DNA of 63,645 bases, the filler included, from Bigelowiella natans CCMP2755 (lineage: Eukaryota > Protista > Cercozoa): assembly GCA_000320545.1 (NCBI GenBank). It is 6 parts of 6 records of this genome, joined end to end, with 100 filler letters (N's around TTAATTAATTAA, not from the genome) between each part and the next. Parts side by side here need not be neighbours in the genome. Positions count along the whole stretch, not along the records: positions 24,345 to 37,472 come from ADNK01003294.1; positions 37,573 to 53,319 come from ADNK01003303.1; 4 more parts are not named here. One strand, given 5' to 3'. The notes under the pieces were generated by a model. That model was given only the letters and a program-made list of their open reading frames with translations, made no database searches and was not told the origin of the DNA. Position numbers and translations under genes: made by a program. Below are positions 26,199-38,575 of the stretch, piece after piece (the stretch's first letter is position 1; each line of letters opens with the position of its first letter).

Positions 26199-27036
26199 CG
26201 TGTGTGCGCGCGCGCGAGCCTGTGAGTGTGTGTGATCCCTTGTACGGCTCCTTTCCCCTCTCACGATGGGGTTGCGACAACTACTCTACTACGACTACTA
26301 CTACTACTACTACCACTTCCACCACCTTTTGCTTTCCATCGGGGTCCCTGAAACCAGCATCCAACGACACCATCTCGCCTGTAGACGCTCAATATCAGTC
26401 ATTTTTATTTTTAACATTGCTGTTTCATTCCATTCGCCTTTCGCCTCCCTGCAATTACCCGAATCTTTTCGCCGGGTTTTCTTTGATTTCGAGCCGCTGC
26501 CTTGCACTGATGGTGGCGATGACGGTGGAGAGGACACCGGCGCTTCTTTCACAGCTGTTTTTGCCTCTACATCCGTCTTCGGGTCTTTCCCTGTTGATGC
26601 TTCGGCGGTAGTTAGCAAGCCCGTCTGCTCACTCAAGTCACTCTTGGCCCCAGCTGATTTCTCAGGTTCTTCTACTCCTGCTTTGGAGGTGGATGTTTCA
26701 GCTTTGACTTCCAGCTTGCTGGCGTCGTCTAAGTGCTTCTTCGCTGCGCTTCCATCCTCTCGAGTAAGGTCCACTTTCAGTTCAGATTCGAAGAGGTCGG
26801 AGTTGACAGAGTCAATGGAAGGTTTGGAGTCGGCTGAAAGCTGTCGAGTGCTTGAAGCCTTCTTGGAATCTCCTAGGATTCCTCCTCCTGCATGCAACGG
26901 AAGGAAACGAAACAGACGAATTAAACAAAACAACACCCTCTAATTTCGAGTTGGCTTGCCCTACTCTCCGTCCTGTTGAACTGGCTTCTTGCAAAAAACT
27001 ATCAACAAAATGGAAAATTGGGAACTTTCTGAACAT
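25425..27036 (-). CDS. Hypothetical single-pass membrane protein with low-complexity ectodomain (boundaries uncertain)
   Basis: S/K/E/T-rich ORF 26310-26936, then an exon with hydrophobic YGLIFLISAGSLGIVAASLLGLSVAF followed by Cys-rich DNCCIPWCS. Confidence 0.45.
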
Positions 27037-27796
27037 GTAAGTGCAATGCTCTTTCTATCAATATTTTTGTAGGTTTTTGTTGACAGACGAGTGACCATAA
27101 TGAGGAGGCCAACATGACTGAATACTCCCTTTGCATGCTCATTTATATGATGGCAGACTCACCAAGTGTGAGGAGAAAAATGATCTGCAATATCAACTTT
27201 GGCCTTGATCTTAGCATTAATCTTAGCATTGGAGACGAGAAATCAGTTATCCTGATTGACCCCAAGACGGATGGCAGCCATTTTGGGCGGCGACCGGTTA
27301 TATTTGTGTGCACAAACGACTTATTTAGACAAAAAAATATCGATGTTTTATGTACGTCAATATTTCATTAAATGAGTGTATTTTATTCAGGAATGTTCTT
27401 CTTGAGAGTCGCGCGTACTTCCTGGACTTCCTTTTAAGTTGCAGGCATTGAAACAAAGATAAATTCTACAAAAGATGTAAAAATAACATTTAATTTGAGA
27501 ATGCGACATGAATGATTAGGTTGGTATTGAAATAATAGCCATGACATTCGTCAGATATAAAAGTAAGTCCAGATCTGAATGCTTCTGTTCCGACATGTAA
27601 AGGCTCCTAGGAAAAAGAGCGAACTTTGGACTGAATTCCCAGGGATTTTGGCCAGATGCCCTTGTCGCTTTGAAGGTACGACCGATCAATAGATTTCAAA
27701 AATTCAAAAAAAGACTGATCATGATGCTGCTAGTACCCGCTAGTAACCAACTACAACGGTTCAAATGTCCTGATCATGTCCGCCGATACGAAAAAG

Positions 27797-28431
27797 ATGG
27801 ATCCTTCGTGCAAGATCGCTGTGGTGGGACCAGGACGGCTCTCATTGGTGTCTGCCATGGTAACGATGCACCCACTTATACACGATGAGGAGCAATTCTT
27901 CTTATTCTCGGTCTTGTGCTCAGGTCGCACGCACGGACGATGACAACGATCCTACACTTGAAAGACAACCACCACGCTTCTATCGTTGTGGATGGTAAAG
28001 ACATCGAGCTAGATATTTACTTTCCTGCAGGGCAGGAAGAGTTCTATGATAGTGACTGGATCCTAGAATCTGAAGCGTTCATTCTTGTCTACGCTATTGA
28101 TGACAAGGCGTCGTTTGACAACGTGTCACGTTTTCGAAAGCAGATTGTCAAGCAGATTGTTCAAGCGAAAGATAGTGATGATGTATCAATGGTCCTCGTC
28201 GCCAACAAGCCGTTCTCAGATTCGGAGCAAAAGGTGACTGCAGAAGAAGGCCGTGCCCTGGCGAAAGAATTTAACATTCCGTTTTTCGAGACATTGAGAT
28301 TCGACTATAAAAGCATCACAGCCCCGTTCCAGCAAGCTGCTCGCTGCATTCAAAAATCGAGGCCAAAATATCCGACATCCCATCCGACATCCCATCCAAC
28401 ACGCCGTCGCGGACGTTGCCTGATAATATAG
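27797..28431 (+). CDS. Ras-family protein with degenerate G motifs (pseudo-GTPase), CAAX end, apparent +1 frameshift
   Basis: Exon 1 (27797-27859) MDPSCKIAVVGPGRLSLVSAM, intron 27860-27923, then NDPTLE[extra A at 27961-27963]DNHHASIVVDGKDIELDIYFPAGQEEF..FILVYAIDDKASF..MVLVANKPF..EGRALAKEFNIPFFET..RRRGRCLII*. Confidence 0.8.
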
Positions 28432-28768
28432 CTGGTCCCACCCGTATAGCGCCACCTAGAGCAATATTTTGACCTCTGGAAACGGAAGCTGTATGCACGC
28501 CACACAGCCAGCTACTTTAAAATGACGCTGTCAGCTCATTGAATTAGCTTTAGATGTAGCTATGACAAAATCACTTTTAGATAAATGAATATTGATGTCT
28601 ATATGTGTCCTGTAAATAATTGTACCATTATCATATCATTATTGGATTCCAGCTAGCCAGCACAGTCGCTATGTGCATCTCAAATCTCTCCTGCTGCGCG
28701 ATGCGCTTGTGTGCACATATATATACATATACACGTTGTGCTTATGTACAAATCTAAACGTACATATA

Positions 28769-28810
<42 letters not shown>

Positions 28811-29030
28811 TACGCTCGCTAGAGATATAGTCATCAGAGCGCCATCGCCAATCTCAGCAACAGTTTAATTGTGAGTGCTCTGTCTTGTAGAACGTAGCAC
28901 AGCCCTAGCTATATACTACGATCCACCGCGCGTTCTCATCATATGCCGTGTAACATTCGGTGCTGTATCGTATCTTTAAAGCATTAAGCAGCAATTATAG
29001 CAGAAAATGTCACGTTGAGAAGTAGCGTTC

Positions 29031-29872
29031 CTACTGCTTACCGACCGACGATGTGCCTTTGTTGTCGTCGTAGTGAAGGCCAAAATCAGTGCTCATTGTT
29101 GGCGGCTCTCGCCACACGCTCACACTACGGCTATTTCTCACTTGTGAGGAGATCAAAGCGTTTGACAAAAGTGCTTGACTTCCAGTAGGATCTGAGAAAG
29201 GCTGGAGCATCGCCGTCCTGGGGGAAATGATGAAGCGACTCTCTACGATGTCATCGTCACTGCGGAGAACATTCTCGGCTCTCAAAGAAACAGTCGTCCC
29301 CGCGCATACTACACCTCTTCTGTCCTGCCTTGCGGATGATATCTTGTACCTATTCTGGCTACTGCTGCTGCTAAAATCCTTCGGTACTTCACGAGGAGAA
29401 ACAGGGTCACAGGTGTTTGCCAATGGACTACCTGTACGCTCAACTTGCTTGTATTGAAGGGATCCTGCGTGTCCCCCTCCTCCTCCACCGTCTCTCCCAT
29501 TGCGACCTTTGTAGATCAACTGCCTCAACCGCTCTCGCAACATGCGGCGCATCACTGGATTCGCAGCGAAAATCATAGCGTCAGCGAGGGGCTGGCAGAT
29601 GTTGGCCAATAGGAGCGCGACCTCTATCCACGATGGCGTTACATCGGTAAATACTTGTATCGGTCTATAAATCGATGAGCCGACTAAACATGCGAGAAGG
29701 AACGAGGGGTAGAAGCGGAGTGTTTTCCATGTTCTCATCGTCCGACTGCTGCGCGAGTCATGTTCTCCTTCAGCGTCGTGCGGATTTTGGATTAGGTCGT
29801 CGTTGTGAAGTTGCTGTAAAGTTTACATTTATGGTGATTTCGGCCCTCTGCAATCAATTTCTTCTCCCCCTT

Positions 29873-29923
<51 letters not shown>

Positions 29924-30314
29924 AGCGCGCGGGTTCCTTTCTCCCTTCTCATCGCCCTTCCCTCCTCGGTTTCATTTTTTTATCTTCTTCTTCCAAGTTC
30001 CTCGGAAGTACCTGCAGCTGACGGTTCAAGAGGGCAAAATTCTGCCGTATCCGATAGTAGCAATAGATGATGTACACCATAGCAAACCATCCCCAGATGA
30101 AGAAGCAGAAAAATTCCAAGTAGAGGCGCTTCAAGCTCTCCCCGCCGATGCTCCCATCCAACAACTCCTTCAGCCCCTCACTCCTCCCTGTCTGTGAGAC
30201 CCAGCAAAACAGCTTCGCATACCCATATGCGTTGAAGTTGAATGGAAGCCCTGACGGGATGATGGGGAAAAGCTGACACACTACAATATACCTGAGAGAG
30301 ACAGGAAGAGAGAG

Positions 30315-30368
<54 letters not shown>

Positions 30369-31150
30369 ATCAGGTCGCGAAGGAGGGGGGGAGAAAGAGG
30401 GCATAATAAAAAAGAAGATGGTGAGAAGGATGAGAATAATGCTGGTAGTTTGTGTTATGGAAAAACATGTGACCCACTCGACAGTAAGCACAGTCACAAA
30501 AAGGCCACTTATTCTCAAGCTCTGGCCAACAAACAATGCGAGACTCATCAATGACTTCATTAATTACTTCGCCAAGGTGTTCCATCCAAGGGCTTCATGG
30601 CGAACGTTGATAGCGTGGTCGAAGGCCTGGGATAGCGTGTGAGCGATTGCACAGTGCCAGAAGTATGTCGCCAACGGAAAGTAATTCAGCATGAAAGCCT
30701 GTTGGGAGGAAGTAAGGCGATGATCACATTATGATTTCATTTCTCTGGAGAATGCATGTTTCATTTCCCAACTATGTCCCAGCGTTTCGGTCTGTGAATG
30801 AGTGGGTTTTACAGAATGCAGGATAAGACCTGTACTTGACAGCGCAGGCCATGCTCGTCCCCTTCAAGCGAATCGGTGGTGAGCGTATACGCCACGCCCA
30901 TGGAAAAACCGTTGATTGCGATGAAAAACAGAAGTTTGCACGAGAAGAGCCTCCTCATCTTCGGCGCGAACAGAATCCCCCCCAGGACGTACAGCTCCGA
31001 GATCGACGCCACGATTGCGAAAACCACGGAGGTTTCCAAAACCGGCACCATCGTGATTGTCTCAGTGGAATTAGAAACCCTATTAAAGACTCCCGTGTAC
31101 CGTAAAGAAGCAGCAGCGTCGATTCTCACACGTGCATCAAAATTCACCAA
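29031..31150 (-). CDS. 7TM GPCR, cAMP-receptor-like (CAR/GCR1-type)
   Basis: Seven hydrophobic segments over four exons, with family-like motifs CQVQ|AFMLNYFPLATYFWHCAIA, YGYAKLFCWVS, LRFYPSFLLAC and QPLADAMIFAANPVMR; long Ser-rich tail. Confidence 0.85.
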
Positions 31151-31917
31151 CTAGCATCAGACTTTCACGTATTTCCCTCTAGGTTTTGAGGCATCGAAAA
31201 TATGGAAATGAATGGTTAATGCCCGTACGACATCGAAACATGGATTGTCGCAGTAGTGAATTACTTGTGGATATCTTTCCTCCGGCGAATTCTCTGCAGA
31301 AATCAGGAAATACGTTGTCGCTAGGTCGAAAACTGCGAAAACTTGTACATTTCCGTTTCTTTCTCGCAAGGAAGAGACAAAAAAAAGAGATGAATTGCAG
31401 GGGATTTATGCTATGTTTCATCTAAAAAAGCGAGGTTTTAGGCAAAATCGCCCTATCCTCTCCCCCTCTCAACGAGCACGAAAACCTCCTCCCCCAGCAG
31501 CTCTGTCGTCGAAGGAGGACCAACCCTCTCTATCTGTGGTCGCGAGGCACATATACACAAAAACTCACAAGTCTTAATCTCCCCCTCTTCCTGCACAGGT
31601 TCCCTCTTTCTGCTCTATCCCGTCTTCTCTCTCTCCCTCTCCCTCTCCCTCTCCTCTCTCTTGTCACCCATTCGCAGTATACACATGGCTGCAGTTTCTA
31701 GATTATATCACATTGTTTGATTTCTTTCGATTTGGGTTGCACTTACATGCTCAATAGTTATCGGATTTAGTCCTAAGAACTCACAGCAATATTTCTGCTC
31801 CGATTCGCTTCAATACTCGATATATGTTGTTCTCATATGGTTTTTATTCTTCGTATGGCGTCCAAGCTCACATTATCATTTCTAAGGAAACCTGTCTGGG
31901 AAAATACTGGCAGTTAG

Positions 31918-32412
31918 ATGAATAATAAGCGAAGGTCAGGAGTCCCTTTCATCACATTGATTCCCATGTCCCTCTGAGATCTAGCTTTTCTTTGGATCAT
32001 CACGAATGAGGGTTTCTGTTATCTTGAGGACATTGCGCTGAGGTTGTTGTTTGATGTAACTTCTCAATAGCATCCTCAACCGCAAGCCGAAGACTGCATC
32101 AAAGAACAATGTCGGGAGTATGGACCGCGAATGGGTGATGGCCATATCTTAGTTTTTGCGTTTATATAAGATGAGGCTACCTGAATTCCATCATTCTGAA
32201 CCCGATTGTAAGACATTAATGAACGTATTTCGTGGGTTAATGACACCCGTTTCTGACTTAGCACGCTGATATTCAAACCTTCTCAGCAAAAGGAGCAAGC
32301 ACGTCTTCAAATGTTAAGACGCAATCATGAAAAGTATCGTGACATGCGAGCTAGGCAGCTGTATGGAACTCGAACAGAAAAAGCCGAGTTAAAGTACGAT
32401 TGCTCACAACTC

Positions 32413-32463
<51 letters not shown>

Positions 32464-32509
32464 TCAGACACACAGACAGACAAACACAAATAATATATAT
32501 CAATATAAA

Positions 32510-32540
<31 letters not shown>

Positions 32541-32690
32541 GCAATTTATTCTTACAAAACTTCGCTTCCTCCTCCTTTTCTTTTCACCCCACAGGGATAT
32601 GGAAAGAATGCAAATGATGAAATCTAAAATGGAACAGCGGCAGCGGGTGAAGCGAGAAAAAGATCTAGGTATGTATTAGGACATATGATC

Positions 32691-32727
<37 letters not shown>

Positions 32728-32734
32728 TAATTTC

Positions 32735-32770
<36 letters not shown>

Positions 32771-33237
32771 TCGTTTCTTTGGACATTTCTACATCGTAGA
32801 TCGAAAGGCGTATCAAGAAGCTGAGATCTATCAGGAGAAGCAGGACATGCTCCACAAGCAGCGGGAAGAAGCTCGCAAATCATACTTGCATCACATTGCA
32901 TCCCAGAATAGAAAGGTCAGTACAAGCTCGATGATTGAGGAGGAAGAGACCTTTTCCATCGATGTTCTTGAATTCAGCAGCCAGCTGCACGATGAAACGC
33001 GTCGTTTCTTCCAGTGTTAAATATCATATTTTTTCGAATTTAATGTAAGGATTAGACCGGGAGGGGGGGGGGGGGGGATCGTTGATATCTTGTGAATTAA
33101 GTCTCGTTGTGCTTGCATCTCTTCATCAGCTCGAGACTTTTCGAAGGAGGAAGAAAGAGGTACACGCTCTCAAGGATGAGATAAATCGTCAAAATGGCCC
33201 TGATTTCTTTGCTAGATTCGGACGCAATGCTTTATAG
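31918..33237 (+). CDS. Coiled-coil protein, possibly axonemal/microtubule-associated
   Basis: Exons ILNRKPKTAS..DREW|QKEQARLQMLRRNHEKY..|DMERMQMM..|DRKAYQEAEIYQEKQ..|LETFRRRKKE..GPDFFARFGRNAL*. The C-terminal FFxxFG end recalls some ciliary coiled-coil proteins (weak inference). Confidence 0.55.
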
Positions 33238-34147
33238 AGCTAGCTTGCACAATGCACAATGCACAATGAGTCCCCCAAATGTAACTGTCACCAGGAGTAG
33301 TACGATCAGACGATGCAGCATGCATTTTGGCTTACTTCATCATGTCATATATGCTAGCTAGCTCTAGCAAGCTAGCGTGCATATCTTGCGATTAATTTGG
33401 TGGCGCCGCATCCGATCCAGTTGCACGACGATTTGTATGAGGCTCTGAGCTGCTGTGTGCGTACATGTGTGATAGCGTAAGCAGACGGATGTAATGAATC
33501 AATCAAATTTGTTCATCAATGTAGGTCATCCTCATGTAGCTGTGCAATGCAGCGGCTACATGCAGCGTTAATGTTGAATCTGTTGGTCTCAATGATGATG
33601 TGTTTCATGCATGTACAGTGTACAGTGTGGTGTGTGTTGTGGTACTGCAAGATTATGGCACGAATGCAAGAAGATGCACCATCTAGCAGCCATCAGCACG
33701 CACACGCCAGCACGCTAGAAACGCATGAGTATAGACACAGTAATGGCATATACATTACATATATGATATTACATGTCTATTATAAGTATCCCTATATGCA
33801 CATGATGTTACATGTCCATCACCATGCATTTGCAACATCGATCGATTGTGCACATAGGTCGTCGTATCCGATCCCGGCTCATCTGTGCGTGGCGCAATAA
33901 CAATTAACAAATAAATGACATCGACTCGTCTGGCAGCAGGCACGCGTGGCTAGCACTCCCAATGATGGCAAATGATAGACGCATACCACGCACGAAGCAC
34001 AATTGATCATGCAATTGCCGTACATAGCGAATTGTAATGCAAGTTGTATATGTTCCAGCATGCGAGAGCTTGCTGACCTCATAGCATGCACACATGATGA
34101 CGAGCAATAACCACAGCCATAGCACGTAAATAAATTTCGGCATGGGA

Positions 34148-34425
34148 TCAGATGGAAGCCATGGGAATGCTTATAGTTTCATCTCTCCACAAAGAAAGCG
34201 CGGAACTCAGTTTTATCTCTGCTGGGAAACCTAGCCAATAATACGACATGGTGTGTACATGTAGTCATCCACAGCTGCATATAGCGATGAAGCTATGTGC
34301 TTGCAAGTGTGCGTGCGTGTGTGATAATGTATGAAATATGAGCCTAGTATAGGAGTAAAACATGCACATCTAAGCATGGAAAAAGTGCATGTACGGGTCT
34401 TGTGTTTGCACTACACTCGTACAAT

Positions 34426-34464
<39 letters not shown>

Positions 34465-34738
34465 GCGCGCGCGCATACATTGTTCATACAGCTTTTGTGT
34501 GGCGCAGCACGAATACTACCTTGCGAGTCAGCAAACGTGGACGACTCTGGCGTGTACCTTTTCAGTGCGAGAAAGAAACCGAAGCAGAGAAAATGTGCTC
34601 ATATTGACAAGGCATTCATTGAGTCTTCGTGTTATGCGAGGTATTGCAAGGAGACGATATGATGATAATTGGGAACGCTTACTCTTTTCCGTTGTAGAAA
34701 CCCCTGTACGAGGCTCTCACAATAAGGCGAATTTCTGG

Positions 34739-34777
<39 letters not shown>

Positions 34778-35612
34778 ATGCACACAATACACGCACAATA
34801 CACGCACAATACACACGTAAACGCATAAATAAAAATCTCGAAATTTTGAGGATAAATTATGGGCATTCTAAACACAGCCGCGGCAGTACTATGAACATGA
34901 GCACCGATTTCTAACAGCTTATTATATGATGGTCGCCATCCAGATAAAGAGTGTAAATGTGCATTCTCTCCGCACAAATATTTGTCCGAATCCCACCATC
35001 CTCTCAGTTTCATCAATGATTTTTCAAGAATAGCTGCCAAGATACAACGCCGAAAACTTCTCACAATAGCGAGAGAAAGAACGACCGAAAATCCCAAAAA
35101 CTAGGCGATTTCACATCGCGCGAGTACCTTCTATAGCCCCCCCTCCCTCGTCTTCTTGCTGCACGACTACAGCATTCAGCTTGTGCGCAATATTCTCCAT
35201 ATCAACCTACAAGAAAGAGAAAAGATGAGATAACGGTGCGTTGCTCACTATCAACGAAGTAGAGGAGGAAAAGCATCAGTCTTTATTGAAGATCATTCGT
35301 ATTATCTCCCCTCACCGCCAGTAGCGTCGGCTGTACAGCGCTGCCTGGACACCATCCTGCCCTTCCTGCTCGTATAATATACAGCAAGAAGATAGTTAAT
35401 GCGGAGAGAGAATCAAGGCCTTGTAATATGACAAGGGTGTGCGTTTATTATTCACTAATGCTTCGAGCATATTATAGATCGCCATTTGTTTCATCTCTCT
35501 CTCTTCCCCCCCCCCCCTTCCTTCCCTCCCCTCTCAACTAAAGTACCAGCAGTCCAAGTTCCTGCTTGATTGGGGGTCACACCGGATTCGATCTAAGAGA
35601 GAAAAGTGTTGC

Positions 35613-35649
<37 letters not shown>

Positions 35650-36669
35650 TATATATAACTACATTGTGCTTGAGGATATCCCTGTACATTATAATATTTA
35701 TTATTCAGACTCACACAAATACTATTTACTTTCTCCATGAAATGGTCAGGAAACGTCAAACTTATGAAAAGATTTTCTCCAACAAAAAAAAAAGGCTATT
35801 TCGCACAGAACTACTGACCTGCTGCAGGCAGCCAGTGTCGGATCCTTCACACACACAAACACATACACACATACAAACACACACACAAACACACACGCAT
35901 AACACCCTAAGGTGATACTTCATGGCAAAGAGCTATGATCGTTAATGGGAATAAAGTATAGCAAAAGGACTACGCGACAAGAGCCCGACTATCTCTATGA
36001 TGATAAACAAGGCGAGACAGCTTGCATTTTCCAAGATAATGCGCTTGGATTGCCGCTATTTCTCATGAAGCTGATTTGATGATGATGCGACCAGTTTGCA
36101 TCAATGGCTACCTGCCATAGCAAACTCAAGCAAGGCCTCTTCCTTCTGAATGACGAGACCGCCCAATCTAGAGGGTATTCCATCACCACCACGTTACTCA
36201 CTCGCTAAACACTCCTATTCTCTCTAACAGTCTCTTTGTAATGCCCCTGGCAATATTACGTTTTGCGCATTAAAAAAAAAAGGGGGAGGGGAGGGGGGGG
36301 GGGGGGGGGGGGATTGATTCATGGAGGTCGATCGTCACTGCGGGCACGTGTGCTTGATGAGCGGCAAATACTCACATGGCTTCTATTCTGAACAGATGCT
36401 GCGAAGGGCAAAACTCCGCGCAGTTCTCGCTGTCAAGGCCCCAGCCATGGCCTGTGTGCGCAATATTCATGAATATATCACCGACGACTCCGTCAATCAT
36501 ACGCTTATATATCAGCGCCTGATGATGAAATTCCGTTTGGAAGTGATGCTTTTTTTTGGGAGGGGGTAGGGGGGGGGGGGGATAGAAAGAACCCGTAGTG
36601 AGGCTGTGCAGGCCTATCCTTGTGACTTCATGGAAGATGCCTTTTTTGCTACCTGTGGATGTTGGGTGA

Positions 36670-36704
<35 letters not shown>

Positions 36705-37138
36705 TTCGCTTCTCTCTTTACATAGCTTTTAAAATACAAAACACCGACGTCTTTCCAATAGCTTTCTCTCCCATCATCATCATCATCATCATTATGAGCG
36801 TGGCCATCCCTTACTTTGAGATAACAGCATTGGAGTCCCTCCCTCCCCGTCTGTCATGTAGAGGTGAATACACCCCTCACCTCCCATTCTAGAACCTCGA
36901 GGGGAGATCCCAAGCCTTTATGCGAGAAAGATTTCTTTTTAAAATGCTATTTCAACTCTCAGATGGTGGCGGAAAAGCGCATCATGTGCTATACATGCAT
37001 TCCAGCGCTTCGAGATTTACCTTGTCGCAATGAGGCAAAGGTCCTTATCGCGAGGGTGTTGCGAGCCGTCGTTGTACGATTGGTCAAAAGTTCCTCCGGA
37101 GAACATCGGAATGGTGACGAAGGGGACATCCGAGGGGT
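34148..37138 (-). CDS. Peptide-N-glycosidase F (PNGase F C-terminal domain) family protein, 5' partial
   Basis: Small exons give PMFSGGTFDQSYN, GHGWGLDSENCAEFCPSQHLF, GSDTGCLQQ|IESGVTPNQAGTWTA|GRAGWCPGSAVQP, SYRGFYNGKE and AEIKLSSALSLW..*. These match the GHG..CAEFC and GTW..GRAGWCPG signatures. Confidence 0.8.
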
Positions 37139-37149
37139 CTGTGAGGTGT

Positions 37150-37189
<40 letters not shown>

Positions 37190-37278
37190 TATAATATCGA
37201 TGAGGAGGATACCATTCTATTTTTCGGCGCCTTTGGATCGATTTTCATGCTGGCGTGCAGGTTGCATATGATGCAACA

Positions 37279-37330
<52 letters not shown>

Positions 37331-37472
37331 GGGAAGGGGGGGCAGAGAGATTGGAACACGCACGTAGCACCTACCACTATCATCGCTGAGCAATCAAGAT
37401 ACTCACTTATTGATTTCTCTCTCTCTTCTCACGTGTAATTAGGAAAAACAGGAAGAGAAGCTTACGATCGTA

Positions 37473-37572
37473 NNNNNNNNNNNNNNNNNNNNNNNNNNNN
37501 NNNNNNNNNNNNNNNNTTAATTAATTAANNNNNNNNNNNNNNNNNNNNNNNNNNNNNNNNNNNNNNNNNNNN
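37473..37572. other. Artificial contig spacer
   Basis: N44-TTAATTAATTAA-N44. Confidence 0.97.
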
Positions 37573-37731
37573 CCCTTAACCCTTAACCCTTACCCTAACC
37601 CTAACCCTAACCCTAACCCTAACCCTAACCCTAACCCTAACCCTAACCCTAACCCTAACCCTAACCCTAACCCTAACCCTAACCCTAACCCTAACCCTAA
37701 CCCTAACCCTAACCCTAACCCTAACCCTAAC
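37573..37731. repeat. Telomere (CCCTAA)n / TTAGGG at contig start (chromosome end)
   Basis: About 26 CCCTAA units in the orientation expected for a left chromosome end. Confidence 0.95.
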
Positions 37732-38575
37732 TCAAAACCCTCACCACTTTTTGTGACTTTGGCCCTCACTTTTGCCCTGAAAAAAACCCTGGTTGGTTTT
37801 TGCGACCAGTTTTCCTGACTTTGACCCTCGTTTCGATCGTCACTTTGGTCGTCGCTTTGGTCGTGGCCCAGGAGAAAACCCTGACCCTTAGACACAGGTC
37901 CCAATCTCTGCTTTGTCCAAAAGTCCAATCATCATCACTTTGGTCGTGACCCAGGAGAAAATCCTGACCTCAACCCTGACCCCACCCTGATTTTTGAAGT
38001 GCTTTTTTCATGAATGCAACCCTTGTCCTGACGTCCATGCTGATTCTGTTCCATGCTCCACACCAAAAATCGTTGCCTGGACCCTCATTCCAGTTTTGAC
38101 ACAAAACCCACACCAATTTTTGTTGCAATTTGCGTCATGTTCACTTGAAAAATGCCCCGGTCGATTTCTGGCACCAGTTTTCCTCACTTTGACCCTCGTT
38201 TCGATCGTCATTTCGACCCGGCCTGATTCAGAAGAGAACCCTAGCCCAGCTGGACAGGAAATTGGCTCAATGACAAACCACTGCAATTGCATTTGTCAAG
38301 ACATGCTGCAGTGCGTGTGCTGTGGATGTGTGATGTTCACATGCTCATCAGTTTTGCCATGATCTTGCAATGCTGCACAGGAAATTGGCTCGATGACAAA
38401 GTGCTGTGAATGCACATGTCAAGATGTGCTGCAGGGCGTGTGACATGAATGCATGATGGCTGAACATTCAACAAACAACTTGGACACAAATCAACACACC
38501 AGTGAATGCAACTGCATTTGTTTTCAGTTGCAAAATTGTTTTCAGGTGCAAAATTTGTTTCAAGTGGAAAATTGT
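37732..38575. repeat. Short subtelomeric (telomere-associated) sequence with internal duplications, almost devoid of TpA
   Basis: Duplicated blocks ccagttttcct.actttgaccctcgtttcgatcgtca (~37806, ~38174), ctttggtcgtg.cccaggagaaaa.cctgacc (~37855, ~37938) and acaggaaattggctc.atgacaaa (~38254, ~38377). Variant telomere units CCCTGA/CCCTCA. Confidence 0.85.

Noticed and set aside
27850-27864. RFX X-box-like TGCCATGGTAAC
   Set aside because: It coincides with the exon 1 splice donor of the Ras-like gene and is explained by coding and splice sequence.
22835-31150. RGS + Ras-like + GPCR as a G-protein signalling gene cluster
   Set aside because: The RGS gene is on a different contig (spacer at 24245-24344); only the Ras-like gene and GPCR are truly adjacent.
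37590-37928. ORF with a poly-(GL) tail
   Set aside because: Translation of the telomeric repeat.
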